From an uncultured Methanospirillum sp. (GTDB lineage: Archaea > Halobacteriota > Methanomicrobia > Methanomicrobiales > Methanospirillaceae), in assembly GCA_964637135.1 (NCBI GenBank), contig CAZWTX010000024.1, positions 1 to 39,751 on the forward strand: DNA of 39,751 nt. Direction: 5' to 3'. The translations under genes and the position numbers were made by a program. Of the stretch, positions 26,994 through 36,851 are shown one piece after another (the first letter of the stretch is position 1; the number at the start of each line of letters is the position of its first letter). The notes beneath the pieces were generated by a model that ran no database searches, was not told where the DNA came from, and saw only the letters and a list, made by a program, of their open reading frames with translations.

Positions 26994-27542
26994 ATGGAAG
27001 CGTTCCTCACCCTTGTCGAGATAGGTCTTGGCCGGGATCATTACCTCATCGACGGGGATATCATTGAAAAATTCATCCCGCCACTGGAGGCGAAGGTAGT
27101 CTATGATGCTCCTTCATACATCGAAGGGATATCTCCCTGGAAAGAGGAGATGATTCCGTCGATCAACGTCGCCCCGCTGCTTGGGATGGAACGGGCGGAT
27201 ACTGGAAAGAAACGAACGCTGATCATCAGGAAAGGCATGATAGCCGAGACTGCCATGGCAGTTTCTGTAGATGAGGTGTACATGGTACGACGGATCCCGC
27301 CAAAAGAGATCATGCCGGCTGATATTTCAGCATGCAAAGGGATCGAAAACTATGTGAAAGGGCTGATCAGGCAGGTTTTCCGCGAGGATGGGAAAGAAGA
27401 AGAACTCGTACTGCTCTATCTGAACCTTCATAAGATGCTCCAGGAACTGCTCAGGGGAAAGATCGCCCGACCTGCACCGGATTTTTACATATGGCGCTGG
27501 GATGACAACCAGAGCGGGAAGGAGAACGGATCCTTCTTGTGA
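26994..27542 (+). CDS. Divergent CheW-like protein
   Basis: DAPSYIEGI..EEMIPSINVAPLLG, AVSVDEVYMV, YVKGLI, LLYLNL. Confidence 0.75.
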   Translation: MEAFLTLVEIGLGRDHYLIDGDIIEKFIPPLEAKVVYDAPSYIEGISPWKEEMIPSINVAPLLGMERADTGKKRTLIIRKGMIAETAMAVSVDEVYMVRRIPPKEIMPADISACKGIENYVKGLIRQVFREDGKEEELVLLYLNLHKMLQELLRGKIARPAPDFYIWRWDDNQSGKENGSFL

Positions 27543-27590
27543 GATAGTGCTGCATCGTTCTTTTTTCCTCTGCCATACAACGTATCTGGT

Positions 27591-28844
27591 ATGACATGGA
27601 ATCCGGTCAGCCTTGATGACTGGCTTTGCAGGCAGAAAGGAGCCTTATCCGATGTCTCCGCAGCGACACAGGAGATTATCGGCACTGTTGCTTCGGGAGG
27701 AGACCAGGCATTATTCGACCTCTGCATGCGTTTTGACCATATCAGGCCGGATTCACTCAGGGTAACCGAAGAAGAAGTCGACGCGGCATATGACGGGATC
27801 GATCCCGAAGTAGTAGAAGCGCTCATCGAGGCATATGCGCGGATAAGCAGTTTTCATGAACTCCAGAAACGGGAAGAACTCTGGCTGACCGAAGCGGGAC
27901 CCGGGATCACGCTGGGTGTCAGGACAACCCCCCTCTCACGGATTGGGATCTACGTTCCCGGCGGCAGGGCCACCTATCCCTCGACGGTTCTCATGTGTGC
28001 CGTTCCGGCAGCGGTGGCCGGTGTTGCCGAGATGATCTGCTGCACCCCCCCTCCTGTCAGCCCGCTTACCCTGATAGCCCTGGATATTGCTGGTATCACG
28101 GAGATCTACCAGATAGGAGGGGCACAGGCAATTGCCGCAATGGCACTTGGTACCGAGACAATCCGGCCGGTTGAGAAGATCGTCGGGCCGGGAAATGCAT
28201 TTGTCACGACTGCAAAGATGCTGCTTCGCGACCGGGTTGAGATTGATTTCCCGGCAGGGCCGTCTGAGATCGCTATCATTGCCGATCACACCGCACGGCC
28301 TGACTTTATCGCGGCAGATATCCTCGCCCAGTCAGAGCATGATCCGAATGCTGCATCTCTGCTCATCACCACTGATGCCGCCATCGCGGATAATGTCGGG
28401 CAATGGATCATCCGTCTCATGGAGAACGCTCCGCGAAAGGAGATCATCGCACAATCACTGGAACGATCGGGGTATCTCATCGTTCCGGACCTCGTGGAAG
28501 CAGTGGAAGCATCAGACCGTATCGCGCCTGAACACCTCTCCATCCAGGTTGCCGATCCGCTCGGGCTTCTGACAAGGATCCATCATGCCGGATCCATCTT
28601 CGTCGGTCCGTATGCCCCGGTTGCCTGTGGGGATTATGCATCCGGGACAAACCACGTTCTTCCGACTGCCGGAAACGCCCGCCTCTACTCTGGTCTGAAT
28701 GTTGCCCATTTCACCAAGACCTCGACCGTTCAAATCGTAACCCGGGAGGGGCTGAACGAGATCGGCGATATTGTTGAGCGGATTGCTGATGCCGAAGGGC
28801 TGCATGCCCACGCAGAATCTGTCAGAATCCGGCGGGGGAACTGA
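27591..28844 (+). CDS. hisD: Histidinol dehydrogenase
   Basis: GIYVPGG, GGAQAIAAMA, GPGNAFV, IDFPAGPSE, QSEHD, APEHL, GDYASGTNHVLPT. Confidence 0.97.
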   Translation: MTWNPVSLDDWLCRQKGALSDVSAATQEIIGTVASGGDQALFDLCMRFDHIRPDSLRVTEEEVDAAYDGIDPEVVEALIEAYARISSFHELQKREELWLTEAGPGITLGVRTTPLSRIGIYVPGGRATYPSTVLMCAVPAAVAGVAEMICCTPPPVSPLTLIALDIAGITEIYQIGGAQAIAAMALGTETIRPVEKIVGPGNAFVTTAKMLLRDRVEIDFPAGPSEIAIIADHTARPDFIAADILAQSEHDPNAASLLITTDAAIADNVGQWIIRLMENAPRKEIIAQSLERSGYLIVPDLVEAVEASDRIAPEHLSIQVADPLGLLTRIHHAGSIFVGPYAPVACGDYASGTNHVLPTAGNARLYSGLNVAHFTKTSTVQIVTREGLNEIGDIVERIADAEGLHAHAESVRIRRGN

Positions 28845-28849
28845 TCCGG

Positions 28850-30121
28850 TCACCAGGATATCCTGACAACAGCCCGCTCTTCTTCGGTAAGCCCGGCCTG
28901 TTCTGGGGCAGGCCGGTACCCGTCCATGGGATCAAAATCAGGATATATATCAGCACGATCGAGGATATCAACGAATTCCCGGAGAAATACCCGGGGTATA
29001 ACATCGATTCTTCCGCCAAATGCCTCGCAGACCCGTGAGACCATTATCCTGATAAAGCGGTGAGATATCCGGTCCCGGTCAATCTCCCCATATGCCTGAA
29101 CATACACCTCAATAACCCGTAGGGCCACTTCTTCAAGCCGCTTTTCGTCAAAAGGACGCAACGGGATTTGTATCTGCCGTGGATTCGGAAACCGGTTATC
29201 TACCGGCTGGTTCCCGATCCGATCATACAGGGGCTGGACCATCCGCATCCCCCGCTGGCCATCATACAGCATCGGGGTTCCGGCACAGATCAGGAACCAG
29301 TGGGGAAGCTGGCCGGAATCGACAGCATCTATGAGCCTGACTAAATTCTGAAATCCTTTCTCCCTGAGATTACGCGGAAAAGTCTGGGTCACTTCAAGTT
29401 CGTCAATCGCTACTGCGACTCCTGAGTAGCCTGCCCCGCATACTATCACAGGCAGCAGGCGGAACAGGGAGAGAATTATGGATTCATCGATATCCCCTCT
29501 GATCCCAGCCTTCTGCCTGATATCGCGGCCGATGTTCGGATCCCCGGAAAGCCATCCGATGGCGGCCTGTGCAGTCCCGAAATCACCCTCTGCAGAAGCC
29601 CTGGCATAGGTCCGGATCACGGCAGCAACTCCCGGGCTCATCCGGCTTATCTCTTCAAGGGCTCGTTCGGTCTCGCGAAACCGGCCTTTCTCCCCGTATT
29701 CGGCAGATTCTCCGGAACGCTCCTCGAGGGTATACAACCAGGCATCAAGTACTGAACGGAAGGCGTTTTCTTCTCCTCCTGCTGTAAGTGAATGCACGAT
29801 GCTGCTGTAAATGGTTCGCAGTTTGTGGAGCGGGGTTGTCGGCGAAAGGGAGATTCGTGCCGTGACAAACCCCTCCCTGCGGGCAATTTCAAGTGCTCGG
29901 GCAATCAGAAAGGTCTTTCCGCTCCCGTATTCTCCCCGGATGAACCTGATGTCTGCACCGCTCTTTCTGACAAGCCGGAGTTGATCGGTGATCGTCTCCT
30001 CCTCGGCATCCAGTCCGACCGCGAACCGCCATAATCCCGATGCCGGCACGGTTCCCCTCCGCAGGGCATTGATGATGCCGATACTCTCCAGGGAAGCAGG
30101 ATCTGATCGTTCAGCCGGCAT
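28850..30121 (-). CDS. BrxD/DUF2791-family P-loop ATPase
   Basis: IINALRRGTVP..GL..FAVG, Walker A GEYGSGKT, AAIGWLSG, Walker B AIDELE, AGTP, PRVFLREFVDILD. Start placed at ATG 30121. Confidence 0.87.
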   Translation of the reverse strand: MPAERSDPASLESIGIINALRRGTVPASGLWRFAVGLDAEEETITDQLRLVRKSGADIRFIRGEYGSGKTFLIARALEIARREGFVTARISLSPTTPLHKLRTIYSSIVHSLTAGGEENAFRSVLDAWLYTLEERSGESAEYGEKGRFRETERALEEISRMSPGVAAVIRTYARASAEGDFGTAQAAIGWLSGDPNIGRDIRQKAGIRGDIDESIILSLFRLLPVIVCGAGYSGVAVAIDELEVTQTFPRNLREKGFQNLVRLIDAVDSGQLPHWFLICAGTPMLYDGQRGMRMVQPLYDRIGNQPVDNRFPNPRQIQIPLRPFDEKRLEEVALRVIEVYVQAYGEIDRDRISHRFIRIMVSRVCEAFGGRIDVIPRVFLREFVDILDRADIYPDFDPMDGYRPAPEQAGLTEEERAVVRISW

Positions 30122-31877
30122 ACCGGTACACCTCCCCTGACTCACCAAATCCATCCTTCTCGATGAGCCTGATCCCCTGATCAGAAAGTTTCCTGATGAT
30201 GCGGTTGATCAGGCCGGCAACACGGTTTGTTCCGGCAACCTTGCGCAGTTCAGTTTCAGAGCAGATCTGATGACGGGCAAGGTAGAGGAGAACTGATTCC
30301 TCGACGGGATCAAGTCCTGACGGGATCAGGTTCTCCATGGATCTCCGGGGAAGGCTCTCTCCCGGGGAGGTACTTCGTCGTACCGGGAGAGAAAAACAGG
30401 ATTTTTTACACAGCATCAGTTCATGAAAGAGCGCATCACCAACTTCACCCACATCGGCAGGAAGCACAGAGAGCGCTTCAATGCAGAGTAACTCACCAGC
30501 CTGTCCGGATCCGGTCTCCCTGGCATGAACCGAGAGCGAGAGAAGGATTCGTCCATAATACGTCCGCCCCCGGGTCGAGAGAAGATGAGACATGGACCGG
30601 AAGCGTTCTGCAAGCAGCTCAAGGATATCCGGATCTGGCTGATGATCCAGGATCATCCCGGTGATCATCTCGAGATCACGTATCTTTCTCACGGTTCGGA
30701 TCATGTACATCAGGATCTTCCGGTACTCATGGATATCCCCCTTTTTCCGGAGGTATCCTGCATACGCCGAACCCCCGAGGATAAGATCAGAACGGAACGC
30801 CCGGAAGTAGAGATCCCGTGCCATAGTATCATCTCCGTTATCAGCAGCGATATCTGCTGCGGAGACGAGGGATACCGTATCGGCTGCCATCACCAGCTGG
30901 TTCAGCAGCAGCCGCCAGCCTTCTCCCGGGGAGCGCATCTCCATGATACGCGAATAGAGAGAGGTGATACCGGCATGGATATCCCAGTCTGTCGGGGAGG
31001 ATTGTTCAAAGAGCACGCGCCTGCAGAGGGATTCTGCCCGTTCATGATCTCCTGCTTCAAAGCAGGCGACTGCACCGTTCCAGATATCCCGGGGATCAGC
31101 AGTGTCAGAAAGGTAGGAGTGATACACACCGGCTGCTTCCTGGTACCGCCCTGCCGACAGGAGAAAGAAGAGAAATTCACCTGCCACAGGGGGTTTTTTC
31201 AGCCGGACCGGATCGGCAAGCAGGAATCGTTCCGCTGCACCAGGATCGGTTCTAGAGAGAGACCGGATGTACCAGACCAGTATTTTGTCATCTGAAAACC
31301 CCGTATCCTGAACAATGGAGAGAACCTCTTCATCTCTTCCCAGTGCATTGAGTGCATGAAGATACTGTGGCAGGGATCCGGCCGGGATGGATTCCGGAGT
31401 AAATAGTCCGGCTGCTTCTGTATATCTGCCCGATCTGACCAGGAGATCGAGGAGCAGTGCCACATCCTGCGGATCCTGAAATCGTTCACAGAGGAGAGCA
31501 ATGACCGGGTAAGCACCCTCATCGTCACCTTCTGCCACCAGGTACGCTGCATACCGTCGGAGTGCCGCCAGTCCGTTTGGATCAAGACGAACCGCCTCGC
31601 AGAACTCTGCACGGGCAGATTCATCCCCTTTCTCCTCGAGTACACGTCCAAGATACAGGCATACCTCGGCAGAATCAGGAAGAATCCGCCTCAGGTCGCG
31701 GAGACAGACTTCTGCCTCGTCTATCCGGGAGACAGATATCAGGCAGAGCGCTTCAAGAACACGAAGGGAGGAATCCCTCACCGGGCCGGCTTTCTTTATT
31801 AGATCAAGACAAGCGTCATACGAACCCTGCTCAAACAACCGGAATGCCGGCTTGTGAAGTTCATCCCCATCTGTCAT
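30111..31877 (-). CDS. TPR-repeat protein with a C-terminal winged-helix-like domain
   Basis: TPR-like helices (LYLGRVLEEKG..EAVRLDP; GRYTEAA; GRYQEAA); C-terminus VLLYLARHQICSETELRKVAGTNRVAGLINRIIRKL..GEVYRY. Confidence 0.82.
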   Translation of the reverse strand: MTDGDELHKPAFRLFEQGSYDACLDLIKKAGPVRDSSLRVLEALCLISVSRIDEAEVCLRDLRRILPDSAEVCLYLGRVLEEKGDESARAEFCEAVRLDPNGLAALRRYAAYLVAEGDDEGAYPVIALLCERFQDPQDVALLLDLLVRSGRYTEAAGLFTPESIPAGSLPQYLHALNALGRDEEVLSIVQDTGFSDDKILVWYIRSLSRTDPGAAERFLLADPVRLKKPPVAGEFLFFLLSAGRYQEAAGVYHSYLSDTADPRDIWNGAVACFEAGDHERAESLCRRVLFEQSSPTDWDIHAGITSLYSRIMEMRSPGEGWRLLLNQLVMAADTVSLVSAADIAADNGDDTMARDLYFRAFRSDLILGGSAYAGYLRKKGDIHEYRKILMYMIRTVRKIRDLEMITGMILDHQPDPDILELLAERFRSMSHLLSTRGRTYYGRILLSLSVHARETGSGQAGELLCIEALSVLPADVGEVGDALFHELMLCKKSCFSLPVRRSTSPGESLPRRSMENLIPSGLDPVEESVLLYLARHQICSETELRKVAGTNRVAGLINRIIRKLSDQGIRLIEKDGFGESGEVYRYAG

Positions 31878-31888
31878 GACAATGGTAC

Positions 31889-32584
31889 CTATAGCAATCC
31901 AAACCTGAGTTTCAGAAGCGTCGTTAACATGGATGCCGTATCACCGGCCCTGAGTCGGGAGTCATCGGTATCATTCCAGATCACCGATCCTTCGCAAATC
32001 CGGTACCCGGCCTGTCTCAGGCGCCAGAGCAGTTCGACATCAAATTCAAACGCCCGGGTCCGCATCCGGGGGAGCACGGCTTCAATGGCATCTCTTCGAA
32101 AGACCTTCGCACCGCACTGGGTATCGGCATATGGCAGGCGGAAGAGGATCCTGACGATGAGGTTGAATCCCCTGCTCTGGATGCGGCGTAAAAAAGGCTG
32201 GGACTTCTCGATTGCCGAGGAAGCAAGGTACCGTGAACCGATAACCCCGTCCCATCCTTCTTCCATCTTCCGGATGAGGCCAAGGAGGGCAGAATATTCT
32301 GTTGAATTATCTGCATCGATGAAACAGACAACCGGGGAAGTTGCTGCCCTGAATCCGGTTAACACTCCTCCTCCCTTTCCCATGCGGGAACTGAACCTGA
32401 GACAGCGGATGGTCAAATCAGGATGTTCTGATGCAAACCGGTCGATGATATCAGCCGTCTGATCGGTTCCATCACAGACGAAGATGAATTCTGCCCCGGT
32501 ATCGGAGAGGGTATCAAGCAGTCGGCCGATCCGGCCGGCTTCATTGTAGGCCGGAATAACAATGCTACGGAGAAGTTGAACCAT
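31889..32584 (-). CDS. GT2 glycosyltransferase (dolichyl-phosphate glucosyl/mannosyltransferase-like)
   Basis: SIVIPAYNE, GKGGGV, IDAD, VIGSR, DTQCGAK, FDVELL. Confidence 0.9.
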   Translation of the reverse strand: MVQLLRSIVIPAYNEAGRIGRLLDTLSDTGAEFIFVCDGTDQTADIIDRFASEHPDLTIRCLRFSSRMGKGGGVLTGFRAATSPVVCFIDADNSTEYSALLGLIRKMEEGWDGVIGSRYLASSAIEKSQPFLRRIQSRGFNLIVRILFRLPYADTQCGAKVFRRDAIEAVLPRMRTRAFEFDVELLWRLRQAGYRICEGSVIWNDTDDSRLRAGDTASMLTTLLKLRFGLL

Positions 32585-32722
32585 GATACTATGAAAGCCT
32601 CATTTTGCCAGATCTATCAGAAGCCTCCGATACCTCTGCTTGTATATCGTTGGGATAATGCGAAAATAACGTCTTCGTTCATCACCAGGCAGGCTCATGC
32701 CGTTTCAGCCAGATAACCTGGT

Positions 32723-33133
32723 ATGTCATACCTTGATGAGATCTCCCGTCGCGGGAGAGATGCAAACCCGTTCTTCTCTCTCATGGGCATTGAACCGGTT
32801 TCCTGGAACGAGGGGAGGGCCCGGCTCAGCATGGCGGTGCGACCGGATATGCTGAACGGCGAAGGATGGCTCCAGGGGGGAATGTATACCGCACTGGCAG
32901 ATGAAGCCATGGCCCTTGCGATTTACACCCTCCTTGCGGAAGGTGAGCAGATTGCCACGATATCATGCACAACAACCTTCATACGCGGGGTCAGGGACGG
33001 AGTCATCGAGGCCGGGGCGTTCGTTATCAGGAAAGGGCGTCAGATAATCGTGGTTGAAGCGGTTGTTACCGCCCAAACCGGCGGAAATGAACTTGCCCGG
33101 TGCTCTGCCACCTTCATGATACGGTCATCCTGA
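32723..33133 (+). CDS. PaaI-family hotdog thioesterase
   Basis: LNGEGWLQGG..ALADEAM, IRKGRQI. Confidence 0.88.
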   Translation: MSYLDEISRRGRDANPFFSLMGIEPVSWNEGRARLSMAVRPDMLNGEGWLQGGMYTALADEAMALAIYTLLAEGEQIATISCTTTFIRGVRDGVIEAGAFVIRKGRQIIVVEAVVTAQTGGNELARCSATFMIRSS

Positions 33134-33187
33134 CGAATGCTAATGTGGTTTCAGACCCAACCTTCCTCCATTGGTTCAGGTGACGGC

Positions 33188-34774
33188 GTGAAGTATATTT
33201 TTATCACCGGCGGGGTGATGAGTGGCCTTGGAAAAGGGATCACTGCTGCCTCAATAGGACGGCTCCTCAAGAACAGGGGATACCAGGTAACTGCGGTCAA
33301 GATCGATCCCTATCTCAATATCGATGCCGGCACAATGAACCCGGCTCAGCATGGAGAAGTATTCGTACTCCAGGACGGAGGGGAAGTCGATCTCGATCTC
33401 GGTAATTACGAACGGTTTCTCGACATCGATCTCACATCTTCCCACAATATCACTACCGGGAAGGTATACCGGCGGGTTATTGACAAGGAACGACGAGGCG
33501 ATTACCTCGGGCAGACCGTCCAGATCATTCCCCATATCACTGATCAGATCAAGGAGTGCATCACCCTTGCTGCGTCTGAAAAGGTGTTTGACGGAAAGGA
33601 AGCAGATATCTGTATCGTTGAAGTCGGGGGAACCGTGGGTGACATCGAGAGCATGCCATTCCTCGACGCGGTCAGACAGATGCGCAGCGAGCTGCCCCAG
33701 AGAGATCGTGTCCTCGTCCACGTCACCCTGATGCCATCAGACTCGATGGGGGATCTGAAGACAAAACCAACCCAGCATTCGGTCAAAGCGCTCCGTGAGC
33801 TGGGTCTGATTGCCGATATCATCGTCGGGAGGAGTGACCGGACGATATCCACCCATACCAAGAAGAAACTCTCATCCCTCTGTGATCTTCCCCAGCATGC
33901 GGTCATCAGCATGGCAACCGTTCCCGATATCTACCAGGTTCCAATGGAACTGGAGAAGGAGGGGCTGTCAGAGGTACTCTGCCAGGCACTTCAGCTCCAC
34001 AGCACCGTCACAGAGAAGGAATGGTACCGGATTGTATCACGGGAATACACCCACCGCATCACCATCGGAATCGTGAGCAAGTACGGAAAAGAGGATGTCT
34101 ATCTCTCTATCAAGGAAGCTCTCAAGCATGCAGGTCGTGCTCTCTCCACCGAGGTGTCTATCAGATGGTTTGATGCCGAGCGGTACGATCCCGTCGATCT
34201 GAAGGAGTGCGACGGGATCCTCATTCCGGGAGGATTCGGGTTCAGGGGAATTGAAGGGAAGATCACGGCAATCAGGATAGCCAGGGAAGACAAAATTCCC
34301 CTCCTCGGTCTCTGTCTCGGATTCCAACTCTCGGTGGTGGAGTTCTGCAGGAACGTGCTCGGGTGGAATGATGCCTGCAGCAGTGAATGGGGCGATGAAA
34401 AGGCGGTAATCACCATTCTTCCGGAACAGGAAGGAGTGTCAAATCTCGGCGGAACCATGCGGCTTGGAGACTGGCCGGTCACGATTAAACCGGGAACCCG
34501 GGCGATGGAGCTGTATGGCAAGACAGAGATCATTGAACGTCACCGGCACCGGTACGAAGTGGAACCTGCATACATCGCGGAGATGGAACAAGCCGGTCTC
34601 ATCTTCTCTGGGGTGAACAGGAACCGGATGGAGATCATGGAACTTCCCGATCACCCGTTCTTCCTCTCCACCCAGTTCCACCCGGAGTTCAGATCCCGGC
34701 CGACCCGCCCGTCACCGCCATTCCTCGGATTCGTGGAGGCCTGTCGAAAACGGAGAGGCACAGGGGGTGCATGA
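33188..34774 (+). CDS. pyrG: CTP synthase
   Basis: [51 protein letters not shown] 33188 is preceded by the SD-like AGGTGA. Confidence 0.97.
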   Translation: MKYIFITGGVMSGLGKGITAASIGRLLKNRGYQVTAVKIDPYLNIDAGTMNPAQHGEVFVLQDGGEVDLDLGNYERFLDIDLTSSHNITTGKVYRRVIDKERRGDYLGQTVQIIPHITDQIKECITLAASEKVFDGKEADICIVEVGGTVGDIESMPFLDAVRQMRSELPQRDRVLVHVTLMPSDSMGDLKTKPTQHSVKALRELGLIADIIVGRSDRTISTHTKKKLSSLCDLPQHAVISMATVPDIYQVPMELEKEGLSEVLCQALQLHSTVTEKEWYRIVSREYTHRITIGIVSKYGKEDVYLSIKEALKHAGRALSTEVSIRWFDAERYDPVDLKECDGILIPGGFGFRGIEGKITAIRIAREDKIPLLGLCLGFQLSVVEFCRNVLGWNDACSSEWGDEKAVITILPEQEGVSNLGGTMRLGDWPVTIKPGTRAMELYGKTEIIERHRHRYEVEPAYIAEMEQAGLIFSGVNRNRMEIMELPDHPFFLSTQFHPEFRSRPTRPSPPFLGFVEACRKRRGTGGA

Positions 34775-34776
34775 CC

Positions 34777-35694
34777 ATGGTGAAGGCAGACAAATTCATT
34801 CAGGACGCCATAAAAAAGATTAAAACGGAAGCAGCAGGAGAAAAGGTCGTTATCGCCCTTTCCGGCGGAGTTGACAGTTCAGTCTGTGCCGAACTTGCTT
34901 CGCGGGCCATTGGCGACCGCCTGGTTCCAATTTACGTGGATACCGGACTGATGCGGAAAGGAGAGACAACGCGTATACGCGAGATATTCTCTCATATCGG
35001 GGTGAGGGTGATCGATGCCTCGGACGAGTTCCTTGACGCCCTTGAAGGTGAGGCAGATCCCGAAAAGAAACGGAAGATCGTCGGCGAACGCTTCATCCGG
35101 GTCTTTGAACGGGAGGCAAAAGCGACGGGTGCGAAATACCTCCTCCAGGGAACGATCTACCCGGATTGTATCGAGAGTGAGGGCGGGATCAAGAGTCATC
35201 ATAACGTCGGTGGGATGCCTCTTGCGATGGAGTTCTCCAAAATTATTGAACCACTCAGGGAGCTTTACAAGGACGAGGTCAGGGAAGTGGCAGAAGCACT
35301 GGATCTCCCCAGGGAGATCGCTCACCGGATGCCGTTCCCAGGACCAGGCCTCTCGGTGAGGGTCGTCGGAAAGGTGACACGGGATGCAATCGGGGTGGTA
35401 CGGGAAGCAAATGCGATCATCGAAGATGTTCTCGTTGAGAAATACCGCCCATGGCAATGTCTCGGGGCGCTCGTTGGTCTTGGGACCGGGGTGAAAGGAG
35501 ACAACCGGCTTCATGGCTGGATCGTTGCCGTGCGAGCGGTCAACTCCCGTGACGGGATGACCGCAGATCCGATAGAGATCGCATACGAGGATCTTCGTGA
35601 GATCGAATCGCGCATCACCTCAACCATCCCGAGTGTGGCACGGGTGGTCTACGATTTCACCCCAAAGCCACCTGCGACCATAGAATACGAATAA
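34777..35694 (+). CDS. guaAB: GMP synthase subunit B (ATP pyrophosphatase)
   Basis: [41 protein letters not shown]; no glutaminase domain. Alternative start 34771. Confidence 0.95.
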   Translation: MVKADKFIQDAIKKIKTEAAGEKVVIALSGGVDSSVCAELASRAIGDRLVPIYVDTGLMRKGETTRIREIFSHIGVRVIDASDEFLDALEGEADPEKKRKIVGERFIRVFEREAKATGAKYLLQGTIYPDCIESEGGIKSHHNVGGMPLAMEFSKIIEPLRELYKDEVREVAEALDLPREIAHRMPFPGPGLSVRVVGKVTRDAIGVVREANAIIEDVLVEKYRPWQCLGALVGLGTGVKGDNRLHGWIVAVRAVNSRDGMTADPIEIAYEDLREIESRITSTIPSVARVVYDFTPKPPATIEYE

Positions 35695-35711
35695 TCACGG
35701 ATTCAGAAAAA

Positions 35712-36851
35712 ATGAGCCCGATAAATTACCGCGAACTTGACGCGGAATACATGATGCCTGCTTTTGGCCGGAATATGATGATTACCCGGGGGTCAGGGTG
35801 TACTGTCTGGGACGATACCGGTAAACACTATCTCGATCTCGTCGCCGGTATCGCAGTTTGTAATACCGGGCACTGTCATCCGGCTGTTGTGCAGGCTATA
35901 CAGAAGCAGGCAGCAGAATTGATCCATTGCTCGAACCTCTATTACGTACCTCACCAGGCAAACCTTGCCGAGGTACTCGTCAGGAAAACCGGATTGGTCA
36001 AGGCTTTCTTCTCAAACTCCGGGGCAGAGGCAAATGAGGCCGCCCTCAAACTTGCCCGGCTCCGGACCGGAAAAAAACAGTTCATCGCTTGTGAACACGG
36101 ATTCCATGGCCGGACAATGGGATCACTTGCCTGCACCCATAAACCGGCTATCCGCGAGCCGTTCCTTCCGCTCGAACCGCATACCCGATTTGTCCCGTAC
36201 GGGGATGCCGGGGCTGTCCGCTCTGCAATCACGGCAGAGACGGCAGGAGTAATCCTTGAACCGATACAGGGAGAAGCAGGGGTCATCATTCCACCGGAAG
36301 GGTACCTCCGCGAAGTCAGGGAGATCTGTGACGAAAAGGACGTCCTTCTCATTATGGATGAAATCCAGACCGGGATGGGTCGGACCGGGACCTGGCTCGC
36401 CTGCCAGCAGGAGAAGGTTGCACCCGATATCGTGACCCTCGCCAAGGGGATCGCAAGCGGATTTCCGATGGGTGCCATTGTCGCTCGGGAGGAACTTGAG
36501 TTCAGACGTTCCGAGCACGGGAGCACCTTTGCCGGCGGGCCGATCGCCTCTGCCGCAGCACTCGCGTCCATCGGGGTGATCGAGGCGGTTCTTCCAACGG
36601 TTACCGGGAAAGGAGAACAGTTTGCGACACGGCTGAAAGAGTTTGCACCCCGGGTCCGCGGACTGATGATCGGGATCTCTGTCGGAGATGCATGTGCCGA
36701 TGTCCAGAAGCGGTGCCAGGACTCGGGAGTCCTCGTAAACTGCGCCGCTGACGGGAACCTCCGTCTCGTGCCCCCGCTCGTGATAACGGATGAGGAGATC
36801 GACCAGGCATGCAGTGTTCTTGACGGGGCGATTCGTGCAGCTGGAGCGTGA
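35712..36851 (+). CDS. argD: Acetylornithine aminotransferase
   Basis: NSGAEANEAA, FHGRT, EPIQGE, DEIQTG, TLAKG, HGSTFAG. Confidence 0.93.
   Translation: MSPINYRELDAEYMMPAFGRNMMITRGSGCTVWDDTGKHYLDLVAGIAVCNTGHCHPAVVQAIQKQAAELIHCSNLYYVPHQANLAEVLVRKTGLVKAFFSNSGAEANEAALKLARLRTGKKQFIACEHGFHGRTMGSLACTHKPAIREPFLPLEPHTRFVPYGDAGAVRSAITAETAGVILEPIQGEAGVIIPPEGYLREVREICDEKDVLLIMDEIQTGMGRTGTWLACQQEKVAPDIVTLAKGIASGFPMGAIVAREELEFRRSEHGSTFAGGPIASAAALASIGVIEAVLPTVTGKGEQFATRLKEFAPRVRGLMIGISVGDACADVQKRCQDSGVLVNCAADGNLRLVPPLVITDEEIDQACSVLDGAIRAAGA

Noticed and set aside
28850..31877. Complete BREX or Shango system
   Set aside because: No pglZ, pglX, brxC, TerB or helicase gene in the window.
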